Shown piece by piece: positions 56,801 through 64,000 of a stretch of 64,000 nt of DNA. The stretch spans positions 32,001-96,000 of the IMG/VR virus record IMGVR_UViG_3300006737_000017; one strand, given 5' to 3'. Origin of the DNA: a virus. Below the pieces are notes generated by a model, which ran no database searches, was not told where the DNA came from, and saw only the letters and a program-made list of their open reading frames with translations. The position numbers were made by a program, and so were the translations under genes. Numbering within the stretch: position 1 is the first letter of the stretch; each line of letters opens with the position of its first letter.

Positions 56801-57587
56801 AGTTCAAAAGATACAAGCTTATGTAAAAACGCTATCTTATATAAACAATGCATTATTCCAACAAATAGATGCTATGCTTCCAGCAAGAGGAACTAACGTA
56901 GTTGGTTTAATGGTAAAACCCACTTTATTAGAAAGATCAAAAGTTTCACTTGAACCGTCTTTCTCTTTCCAAGAAAATCATTACTTAGGTAAAACCGCAA
57001 GGTCTGATCAAAATCTAGAACACTATACCCAAAGTATAGATGTAATGCCAGATAGGTATATGGAAGAAAGCGATGATTATGATGCAATGTATTATGAATT
57101 CGAAGATGGGTCTGGTGCTGCACAATGGTTTTCTACTTTAACTGATACTGTAAAAACTGAAGCTGGTCATGAACCAAACCATTATACATTTAACATAGCA
57201 ACGATAAATCAAGATGGTACTGGTAGAGATAAAAACTTAGACGGATCACAATTAACAATGTCAGTTGCAGGAGTAATGCCACAAGCATATGATCAACCAA
57301 CTGATAATAAGTATTATCAAATCAGATATTACTACAGCTCTTCTCTTAGCTCTTCATTAAAAAAATGGTATTCATCTTCTTATGAACCAACTCAAATAGT
57401 TCAACAAGACGTATTTTTAGGTTTTAACAATTCGTTTGTAGCAGGTTGTAAGATGACATCACCAGACTTTAATGCCGCAAGCGAGGATACAATAGATGGT
57501 GGTCCAGTAGTAGAATACATAGAAGGAAACCCGAATACACTAATTAGTAAAAATCCAGGCTTATCTGGTGACCTATTAGTTAGATAA
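53808..57587 (+). CDS. Large baseplate protein with a LamG-like domain (gp7-like)
   Basis: NNLPYLLKTKGSKRGL..L...YGIP; FSGSLQELRFWS. Confidence 0.65.
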   Translation: MAQKDKTSMNQIAPLMKEFDGDRHDKLKSVEKVLDKRSPRDGDFLYLKVFNGETLLNTHWLKIAEYDCITIPNERELSVDWYDLLLDELRYSPGNYSIDYCVKRMACWPNEFVRVNEISKNKMEIRVDAIHEDALTNIRKPLIQGKYYAPLDIFHEREGLVKAVSWVYDEHFEDETLIVKLGDKIPRKIKVGDEIELWDEISSVRKLDIILEVSLPTGLEPYTELRGPQVTLDVNTEVGKPTELESWESILTGSAEVNQNLSTKILSGSGYELNIDYRKFDNFIHFSSAKERLVNFEYKVRLVEYYESKSLGHSTSLTGQASSSVTASAIYISESANYSTEKQHIIGSFDHFEKYLYEQSGSGHTEDSIVYYSTTWPKYDNPVANGYPKYINHSYSSSEAQTWLTGSFLSASNYDESNMNILRKTIPAVQRADQNNSGFVLFVDMIAQHFDILYNYIDNLKHQRTRDEDLNTGISKDLLFETLKSFGWKPKSGLDLEKIWEYWLGTSRTGGYAGPGTTAWDADNSATYASTATTSSAWSTEPTPKRDLELEPISRVINNLPYLLKTKGSKRGLKALLACYGIPSSFFKIQEFGGPDPQRHTATTSSHTREIDVSNHALQFQGGLYNQDAKVCFLSGSWDNADAIQSVEFRIKTNYQNSQSLFATNIAGNAPSRQQVFLLPSKSADDPDTKYAFVKYMFADVDSATYKSGSLGKLPILDNDWWNLALINDDEGKKIKLVCQKAPDHANGNITHKDSIEIDYLDTDQGYGWGHSSVNEWRFGKKFQVTNTHFNSSASNCDFFSGSLQELRFWSNELDDYSIDLHTRAATSIYGNSYSGSFDNLVLRLPLGTDNNIDHNTASINTFTSTHPDQTKTGISTQTVYMSGSFEWEDENETYYVTTPNSFGLRPVSNKIRIEANTVNGTLDPFESQESSSSDTNPIDLADLYVSVSPQDDLDLDIGLQYGDINMDNYVGDPREKYATDYSQLRKLRADYFKKFTSVQKIQAYVKTLSYINNALFQQIDAMLPARGTNVVGLMVKPTLLERSKVSLEPSFSFQENHYLGKTARSDQNLEHYTQSIDVMPDRYMEESDDYDAMYYEFEDGSGAAQWFSTLTDTVKTEAGHEPNHYTFNIATINQDGTGRDKNLDGSQLTMSVAGVMPQAYDQPTDNKYYQIRYYYSSSLSSSLKKWYSSSYEPTQIVQQDVFLGFNNSFVAGCKMTSPDFNAASEDTIDGGPVVEYIEGNPNTLISKNPGLSGDLLVR

Positions 57588-57637
57588 AATTAAAGAACAT
57601 GGATATTTATTAGTATAAAAAGAATAGAGGAAATACA

Positions 57638-58285
57638 ATGGGATACTTAGACAATACAAGTTTAACAGTTGATGCAATCCTTACCAAAAAAGGAAGACAG
57701 CTGTTATCAGAGGGCGCATTAGAAATTACAAAATTTGCCCTAGCTGATGATGAAATAGATTATAGATTATGGGATTCTGCTCATTCATTGGGTACGAATT
57801 ACTATGGACAAGCAATAGAAAATATGCCGTTATTAGAAGCATTTGCAAATGAAAATCAAATGATGAGGTATAAGTTAATTAGTTTACCAAAAAACACTAC
57901 TAAACTACCATTAGTACAAGCTGGTCAAACGTCTATATCTCATGTAAGACCTGGTGTACAAACAACAATTATTCCAACAACTGCCAACATAGCAAACGGA
58001 AACAGAACAGCAGGATATACATGTATATTATCAAATTCTGCAATTGCAACACTTACAGTTGCTCCAGGTGGAAACGTAGAACAAGAATCTACATTCTCTG
58101 CAATTGGCGATGATGCTGCAACATCTGTATCTGTAGTTGGAACAAGATTTTTAATTACATCTAAAGTAGTTACTGTAGATACTGCAACTACTATCACAAT
58201 TGTAGGAAATGAAACAGGGGGTTCTTTAACGATACCTTACACTGTTAAGAAAGATCCTGAGTTGGATATAGTAACTAGCGTATAA
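57638..58285 (+). CDS. Baseplate/tail structural protein
   Basis: DAILTKKGRQLL...ITKFALADDEIDY. Confidence 0.6.
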   Translation: MGYLDNTSLTVDAILTKKGRQLLSEGALEITKFALADDEIDYRLWDSAHSLGTNYYGQAIENMPLLEAFANENQMMRYKLISLPKNTTKLPLVQAGQTSISHVRPGVQTTIIPTTANIANGNRTAGYTCILSNSAIATLTVAPGGNVEQESTFSAIGDDAATSVSVVGTRFLITSKVVTVDTATTITIVGNETGGSLTIPYTVKKDPELDIVTSV

Positions 58286-58297
58286 GAGGAATAGAAA

Positions 58298-59407
58298 ATG
58301 GCACAAAGAAGATCAAGACTAAATAAAAGAGCTTTACTAGAAGCAAGAAGTCGTAGAAGATTTAGAGGTATTACTACAAAAACCTATAATAGATTCGATG
58401 ATGAAGATATTATAGAATCAGATGTAGCTAAATCGATTACTTCGGCTTTATGGTCTGACAACGTTAGTACACTTACTACGTTCCATACGTCGTCGACTCA
58501 GTCACCGCATCCATCAACATCTCAATCGTATCAAGCAGAGATATACTCTGTAGATCCTGCAACAAATACTTCATCATCTGTACAATTTAACATTGCTTGG
58601 GGACATTATGCTGGCTCTGGGTCTATTACTTCTTCAGGAGCTTCTGATCAAGGTAATACTCCTTCAAAAGCGGTTTATACTTCTTTTGCAAATCAATTAC
58701 TTGCAGCAGGAGATGATAAATTTACAATAGATACTACAGATAACGATTATATGTATTTTATTACAGTAGCTAGAAATCGTTTCAAAGAAAAGATGAACCC
58801 TAATGGATGGGAATTAAAATTAGACGTTGGTTCTGCAACTTGCCATTTAATAGATGACAGTAGATACAATGCTAATTCTTCTACAAATGGAAACAGGGTA
58901 TACAATATAATTTCGGGTACATTAGCTGCAGGACAATCTGCAACTACAACTAATATGGGGTTATTTTATCCTGATCTTGGTATCTTAGCTATATCTCATC
59001 AAAATATTAATGCTGTATCTGGTTTTGATATTGCTTCTACAATTACACAAAGTAATTACTCAGTAGCACCAGTAGAACCTTTTGTTGATCCAGTAAAAGC
59101 TATGTTTACAGCAATTTCTGGTTCAGATGGTGCTTATTTCCAAGGAAGAGCAGAAGAAGATATTTCATCAACGCATTATTTTGTAAGAGTTAAAAATTCA
59201 GAATATAATTTTTCAAACAATCCAACCTTCGCAACTACTGTTGGAACATTGCAAAATGCAAGTATGGTTGGTGATCCTTCTGTTTATATTACAACAGTTG
59301 GTTTATATAATGACGAAAATGAATTAGTTGCAACTGCAAAACTTAGCAAACCGCTAAAGAAAACTTTTGCAAGAGAAGCAACAATTAGGGTTAAACTTGA
59401 TTATTAA
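58298..59407 (+). CDS. Tail/baseplate structural protein
   Basis: C-terminal YITTVGLYND.NELVATAKLSKP. Confidence 0.6.
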   Translation: MAQRRSRLNKRALLEARSRRRFRGITTKTYNRFDDEDIIESDVAKSITSALWSDNVSTLTTFHTSSTQSPHPSTSQSYQAEIYSVDPATNTSSSVQFNIAWGHYAGSGSITSSGASDQGNTPSKAVYTSFANQLLAAGDDKFTIDTTDNDYMYFITVARNRFKEKMNPNGWELKLDVGSATCHLIDDSRYNANSSTNGNRVYNIISGTLAAGQSATTTNMGLFYPDLGILAISHQNINAVSGFDIASTITQSNYSVAPVEPFVDPVKAMFTAISGSDGAYFQGRAEEDISSTHYFVRVKNSEYNFSNNPTFATTVGTLQNASMVGDPSVYITTVGLYNDENELVATAKLSKPLKKTFAREATIRVKLDY

Positions 59408-59424
59408 TAAGTACAAGCTATGAT

Positions 59425-61251
59425 ATGTCAGAAATTTTCAAAACATTCAAAGGTGGTGAAAAAAAGATTACGCCAACCGTTACCCATAAAGAATGGGAAG
59501 TAGATAAAGAAAACTCTGCAAGCTTAGGTGTTGAATATTTTCAAGGGTTAGCTTATGATCACAAAGCAGCACAAACTGGAAGTTACCAATTCAATACGTC
59601 AGACCCTCATTTCGGCGGCACAGTCAGTAATGCAATAACTACACATAGAGGTAGAGAATATTATTCATACGGAATTCATAAAAGTATAGACCATTTGTAC
59701 TATGGTTTGAATGACAATCCCTATGACTCTTTTTGTAACGATGAACCTCATAAAATGGCAAAGGAATTAGATGGAATAGTTTTTGTTTTATCTATACCGT
59801 CTTCTATATATGGAGAAGAAATAAAACCTGGTAGTTTAATAATAAGCAGATCGTCTTACGTTTTAACAGATGATGGCAAAGGTAATTTAAGAGATTTATT
59901 AGATACTACTGGTTCAACTGCATCAACTACTTTATCTTCATCTTTGTTATACGCACCCTTTACTGATTACTGGAGACACACTGGAGAATGGTTTAGCCCT
60001 GGCGGTCCAAGATTCGTAGCAACAAGTTCTACTTTTATTGAAGCAGCTGGAGACTATGAAGCTTGTGCATATAATGTAAAATGGTACGGAGATCCAGCTC
60101 ATATTAATGGAGCAACAAGAGGACATGTAACTTTTCATGGTTCTCATAGTTTACAAGAAAGCAATTCTATAGATAACCCTTCTGATAGTTCTTTTGTTAG
60201 AATAAAAGGAACGAAAGATTTAGATTTAGAATCTGACTTTGCAATTTCATTATGGGTCAAATGTCCAGAATCTCAATCTGTTTCCGAAAGTTATTCTGGC
60301 CCTTGGGATTATGAAAATGGAACCAATTCTAGAATTACAAGAACGCTAAGAACTGGTAGGCAAAGAAATACCATATTAACAACTAGAGAATGGTGGGGAA
60401 ATAATTGTCCTATATCTTTAGAAATAATAAACAGTCTATCTGCAGACAAGGGTAAATTAAGAGTTACATATAAATCTAAAACCGAAGGTTGGATTAACAA
60501 TCTTACTTCAACTAATACCTTTAATGATTCAGAATGGCACCACATCTTACTAACCGTTGGAGGTGGAACTTGTTATTTAATTGTAGATGGTAATACAGAA
60601 GCAAGTGGCGATTACATACCTTCTCACCTTAATACAAGATGGCCAGTAGATATGCATCTGGGAGCAAGACCTTATAATTACAAACAAAGATATAGAAATC
60701 AACAATATCAAAAGTGGTTTAATCAAAAAGATCAAAAAAATTACATAGATCCTTTTTCTGGGTCAATATCTTCAGTAAGATTATACGATGAATTTATAAA
60801 CCCTAGTAATACTAACTTGATTAATTGTATTAGTGCTAGCGTTAACCAAGACAATTACGTTGGAAATGTTTTCTATGAACATGGTATAGCAACCATAACT
60901 ACGCCAAACAATACAGATGGCGTAAGTTATCAAGTTAACTGGGGTAATGATGCAACAGAAAAGATAACTTTCAAAGGTACACATAAAATAAAAGAACATC
61001 TTTATATTTGCAATATATTAGATGGAGAATTTAATGCAACGTATAATCCAACTGCAAGAGAAAAGTTTGATGCAAGAAATGATAACTTACAAGCATATAC
61101 TACTCATTCAGAATTTAACCCTTATATCACAACTATAGGTTTGTATAATGATAGTCACGAATTAGTAGCAGTTGGAAAATTAGCTCAACCTATAAAAAAT
61201 CAAGATGATTATGATAACACTTTTCAAATAAGATTTGATACAACAATATAA
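59425..61251 (+). CDS. Tail/baseplate protein with a LamG (ConA-like) domain
   Basis: FAISLWVK, WHHILL, FSGSISSVRLY; same C-terminal YITTIGLYN motif as the previous gene. Confidence 0.7.
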   Translation: MSEIFKTFKGGEKKITPTVTHKEWEVDKENSASLGVEYFQGLAYDHKAAQTGSYQFNTSDPHFGGTVSNAITTHRGREYYSYGIHKSIDHLYYGLNDNPYDSFCNDEPHKMAKELDGIVFVLSIPSSIYGEEIKPGSLIISRSSYVLTDDGKGNLRDLLDTTGSTASTTLSSSLLYAPFTDYWRHTGEWFSPGGPRFVATSSTFIEAAGDYEACAYNVKWYGDPAHINGATRGHVTFHGSHSLQESNSIDNPSDSSFVRIKGTKDLDLESDFAISLWVKCPESQSVSESYSGPWDYENGTNSRITRTLRTGRQRNTILTTREWWGNNCPISLEIINSLSADKGKLRVTYKSKTEGWINNLTSTNTFNDSEWHHILLTVGGGTCYLIVDGNTEASGDYIPSHLNTRWPVDMHLGARPYNYKQRYRNQQYQKWFNQKDQKNYIDPFSGSISSVRLYDEFINPSNTNLINCISASVNQDNYVGNVFYEHGIATITTPNNTDGVSYQVNWGNDATEKITFKGTHKIKEHLYICNILDGEFNATYNPTAREKFDARNDNLQAYTTHSEFNPYITTIGLYNDSHELVAVGKLAQPIKNQDDYDNTFQIRFDTTI

Positions 61252-61252
61252 A

Positions 61253-61690
61253 ATGAGTCATTGGTTATATAAAAATAAAATTCTAGAAGAAGCGCCTGAA
61301 GGCGTATTTGGTTTTGTTTATTTAATTACAAACGATAAAACTGGTAAAATGTATATTGGTAGAAAATACTTTGGCAAAACTAGAAGAGTTAAAAAGAAAG
61401 GAAGTAAAAGAAGAAAAGTCATAAGAAAGGATTCAGATTGGAGAACTTATATAGGCAGTTCCAAAACTTTACAAGAAAGCATTCAAAAAAATAAAAAACA
61501 ATTTAATTTCAAGATATTAGCTTTTGGTAAAACGAAAGGTCAAGTTAATTATATAGAAGAAAATTTACATCATAAATTTCATGTAGCAAACTCAAGCAAG
61601 TTCTATAATGATTGCATAGGACCAAGAAGATTTGCAAGAGTAAATCTAGACAAAGAAACTATAAACGTTATAAATAAAATTGCGTTATAA
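61253..61690 (+). CDS. GIY-YIG endonuclease (T4 endonuclease II-like)
   Basis: GFVYLITN...MYIGRK, W..Y.GSS, E, YN.CI. Confidence 0.8.
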   Translation: MSHWLYKNKILEEAPEGVFGFVYLITNDKTGKMYIGRKYFGKTRRVKKKGSKRRKVIRKDSDWRTYIGSSKTLQESIQKNKKQFNFKILAFGKTKGQVNYIEENLHHKFHVANSSKFYNDCIGPRRFARVNLDKETINVINKIAL

Positions 61691-61722
61691 TTTGGATAAG
61701 TCCAAAAAATTTATTATATTGT
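61691..61722 (+). promoter_or_regulatory. Early-type promoter
   Basis: TTTGGATAAGTC-N-TATATTGT. Confidence 0.75.
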
Positions 61723-61727
61723 AGTAA

Positions 61728-62648
61728 ATGAAAAAATCAAGATTAAAGAGGTTACTAGCAGCTCTACTAGGTAGAGGCTCTGAAAAGAATAAAGGCGATG
61801 TTTGGCACAAATGCCCTTTTTGTAAACACCCAAAAAATAAACTTAGCGTAAACTTAATAAGTGAAAAATGGCACTGCTGGCATTGTAATGCTAAAGGTAG
61901 AAAATTATTTGTACTGCTTAAAAAGCTAAATGCTAATTCAAAACAAATAGAAGAATTAAACGATATACTTGGTGAAAGATCTTTTGCAATTGTAAATAAA
62001 AAAAGAGACGATTATGTTTCCTTGCCATTAGAATTTATTCCTCTATTAAATGGTAATATAAATTCTCCTCATTATAAAAATGCAATACATTATTTGAAAG
62101 GTAGAGGATTAAATAAAATAGACATACTTAGACATAATATAGGCTACGCAGAAAATGGTGAATATAATGGTATGATAATAATACCAAGCTATGACGCAGA
62201 CGGCGTAGTTAATTACTTTGTAAGTAGAGCTTTTTATGAAACAAATTATAAACACAAAAACCCTAATGTTTCAAAAGACGTAGTAGGTTTTGATATGTTA
62301 ATAGATTGGAAAAAAGATATAAATTTAGTTGAAGGAGCTTTTGATGCAATAGCAACTGGTGATAATACAATACCTCTATTCGGTAAAATATTACCAGATA
62401 ATCTAAGTAAAAAGATAATAGAAAATAAAGTTAAAAGGATTAATATAATACTAGATTCTGATGCAAAGAAAGCAGCAATAAAACATTCAGAATATTTTAT
62501 GGGTAATGGTATAGATGTACATCTAATAGATTTACCAGGAAAAGATCCAAGTGAATTAGGAAAAGACGTAGTTAATAGATTGATCAGTGAATCAAAGAAA
62601 TTAACTTTCGGTAAGATAATGGAGTATAAAATTAATGCAGCATGTTAA
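61728..62648 (+). CDS. DNA primase (zinc finger plus TOPRIM)
   Basis: CPFC..WHCWHC, YLKGRG, IIIP, VEGAFDA, LDSDA, KDP. Confidence 0.9.
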   Translation: MKKSRLKRLLAALLGRGSEKNKGDVWHKCPFCKHPKNKLSVNLISEKWHCWHCNAKGRKLFVLLKKLNANSKQIEELNDILGERSFAIVNKKRDDYVSLPLEFIPLLNGNINSPHYKNAIHYLKGRGLNKIDILRHNIGYAENGEYNGMIIIPSYDADGVVNYFVSRAFYETNYKHKNPNVSKDVVGFDMLIDWKKDINLVEGAFDAIATGDNTIPLFGKILPDNLSKKIIENKVKRINIILDSDAKKAAIKHSEYFMGNGIDVHLIDLPGKDPSELGKDVVNRLISESKKLTFGKIMEYKINAAC

Positions 62649-64000
62649 AGTCGATTTTGAAAATGTAAATAAAATTTTACACATTGCAGACGTTCATATA
62701 AGAAATTACCAACGTCACAAAGAATATAGGTCAATATTCAAAGAATTGTATAAAGCTGCAAAGGCTTTACCTAACAATTCTTTGATTTATATTGCGGGAG
62801 ATATAGTACATAACAAAACAGATATATCACCAGAGCTAATAGAGATAACCTCAGAATTTCTAAAGAAACTAGCAGACATAAAACCTACTATACTTATCAA
62901 AGGTAACCATGACACCAATCTAAACAACGATACGAGACTAGATACACTGTCTCCTATAGTTAAGAACTTAAATCATAAAAATTTATTTTACTTAGATAAG
63001 ACCGATGTATACAGAATTGCAGATTGCAACTTTTCTGTATTTGAAATTGCAGATGAGGTAAGCAATTATATTAAAGCAAAAGATATAGATGGAAAAAATA
63101 AAATAGCCTTGTTTCACGGAGCTATAGACTCATCAGCAACTGACGCTGGCTTTAAGGTAGCAAATGAAGAACATAAAATAGATTTATTTGAAGATTACGA
63201 TTTAGTCTTGCTTGGTGATATACACAAAAGACAATTTCTAAATAAAGAAAAAACCATTTGTTATGCTGGTAGTTTGATACAACAAAATTTTGGTGAAGCT
63301 TATGAAAATCATGGCTATATAGTTTGGGATGTTAAAACTAAAAGTTACGAAGAATTTAGTATAAAAAATGAATATGGATATTACACAATCCATATAAAAG
63401 ATGGTATTATAAATCAAGACCTAAGTGATATACCAAAATATCCTAGATTAAGGTTTAAGATTGTAAATACAACTCAAGCACAAATAAAAGAAGTTGTAAA
63501 AGAAATAAGAAAAAAATGCAAAGTTCAAGATGTAATAATAATTAGAGAAGATAAAATAAAAGGTTCATCGGAAAATAAATCTTCTAGAAGAATAACCAAA
63601 GACGTTCGTAATGTAGAGTATCAAAACGAAATGATAGAAGAATACTTGAATAAAAACCACGAAATAGAACCAAGCATATTATCTGAGATAAAGTCTATAA
63701 ATAGAAACTTGAATAATAATTTGTCAGATATAGAAATAGGTAGGGGTATAGATTGGAAACCTGTAAAATTTGAATTTTCAAATATGTTTTCATATGGACC
63801 GGGTAACGTTGTAAACTTTGAAAAGTTAAATGGTTTAATTGGAATATTTGCACAAAATCATATAGGTAAATCTGCTTTATTAGATTCTTTGTCTTTTTGT
63901 TTATTTGATAGATGCAGTAGAGGAAAAAAAGCTGATGACATAATGAATACTCAAAAATCAACTTTTTCTTGTAAGTTGCATTTTAAGATAGAAGAGGTAG
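62635..64000 (+). CDS. Fused Mre11/SbcD nuclease and Rad50/SbcC ATPase (partial, runs off the window)
   Basis: ADVH, AGD, GNHD, LGDIH, then in the same frame FSNMFSYG and AQNHIGKS (Walker A). Confidence 0.88.
   Translation, partial: MQHVKVDFENVNKILHIADVHIRNYQRHKEYRSIFKELYKAAKALPNNSLIYIAGDIVHNKTDISPELIEITSEFLKKLADIKPTILIKGNHDTNLNNDTRLDTLSPIVKNLNHKNLFYLDKTDVYRIADCNFSVFEIADEVSNYIKAKDIDGKNKIALFHGAIDSSATDAGFKVANEEHKIDLFEDYDLVLLGDIHKRQFLNKEKTICYAGSLIQQNFGEAYENHGYIVWDVKTKSYEEFSIKNEYGYYTIHIKDGIINQDLSDIPKYPRLRFKIVNTTQAQIKEVVKEIRKKCKVQDVIIIREDKIKGSSENKSSRRITKDVRNVEYQNEMIEEYLNKNHEIEPSILSEIKSINRNLNNNLSDIEIGRGIDWKPVKFEFSNMFSYGPGNVVNFEKLNGLIGIFAQNHIGKSALLDSLSFCLFDRCSRGKKADDIMNTQKSTFSCKLHFKIEEV

Noticed and set aside
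61253-61690. GIY-YIG gene as a mobile intron or homing element
   Set aside because: Short, free-standing, no interrupted gene or intron structure nearby; more like endonuclease II
631-63961. Minus-strand ORFs in the track, and off-frame + ORFs such as 25593, 26232, 31182, 41514
   Set aside because: They are shadows of longer + strand genes, with no recognisable motifs or start signals
1-64000. Stop-codon reassignment
   Set aside because: Long intact ORFs tile the window under the standard code, and TAA, TAG and TGA all end genes

Overview
This is an AT-rich, gene-dense 64 kb segment of a large T4-like tailed phage (myovirus). Essentially all real genes are on the + strand and use the standard code. 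The likely host is Bacteroidota or FCB group, based on TTTG-N20-TATATTTA promoters, a T9SS C-terminal sorting domain and a DUF4494-like gene. In order, the window holds: (1) a nucleotide-sugar/glycosyltransferase cluster (1-8.4 kb); (2) late genes with a T9SS cargo protein, an outer-membrane barrel, lysis genes and a block of putative capsid-packaged proteins with shared N-terminal signals and repeated (L/I/V/M)-x-E cleavage sites (9-24.5 kb); (3) an early/accessory region with 14 related promoters, two operator-like motifs, a split VWA/MoxR pair, Hsp20, dCMP deaminase, a SET protein, DNA ligase, tRNA-Arg(UCU) and a circularly permuted two-piece tmRNA (25-44.8 kb); (4) a gp55-like sigma factor, a small OMP and baseplate/tail genes (44.8-61.3 kb); (5) a GIY-YIG nuclease, primase and a fused Mre11-Rad50 gene. 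The most interesting candidates are the virion cargo/polyprotein system with an Ntn hydrolase whose catalytic Cys would be unmasked by head-protease cleavage, the compact permuted tmRNA, and two mRNAs (hsp20, omp) whose 5' and 3' UTRs are complementary. All calls come from reading motifs by eye; no database searches were run.
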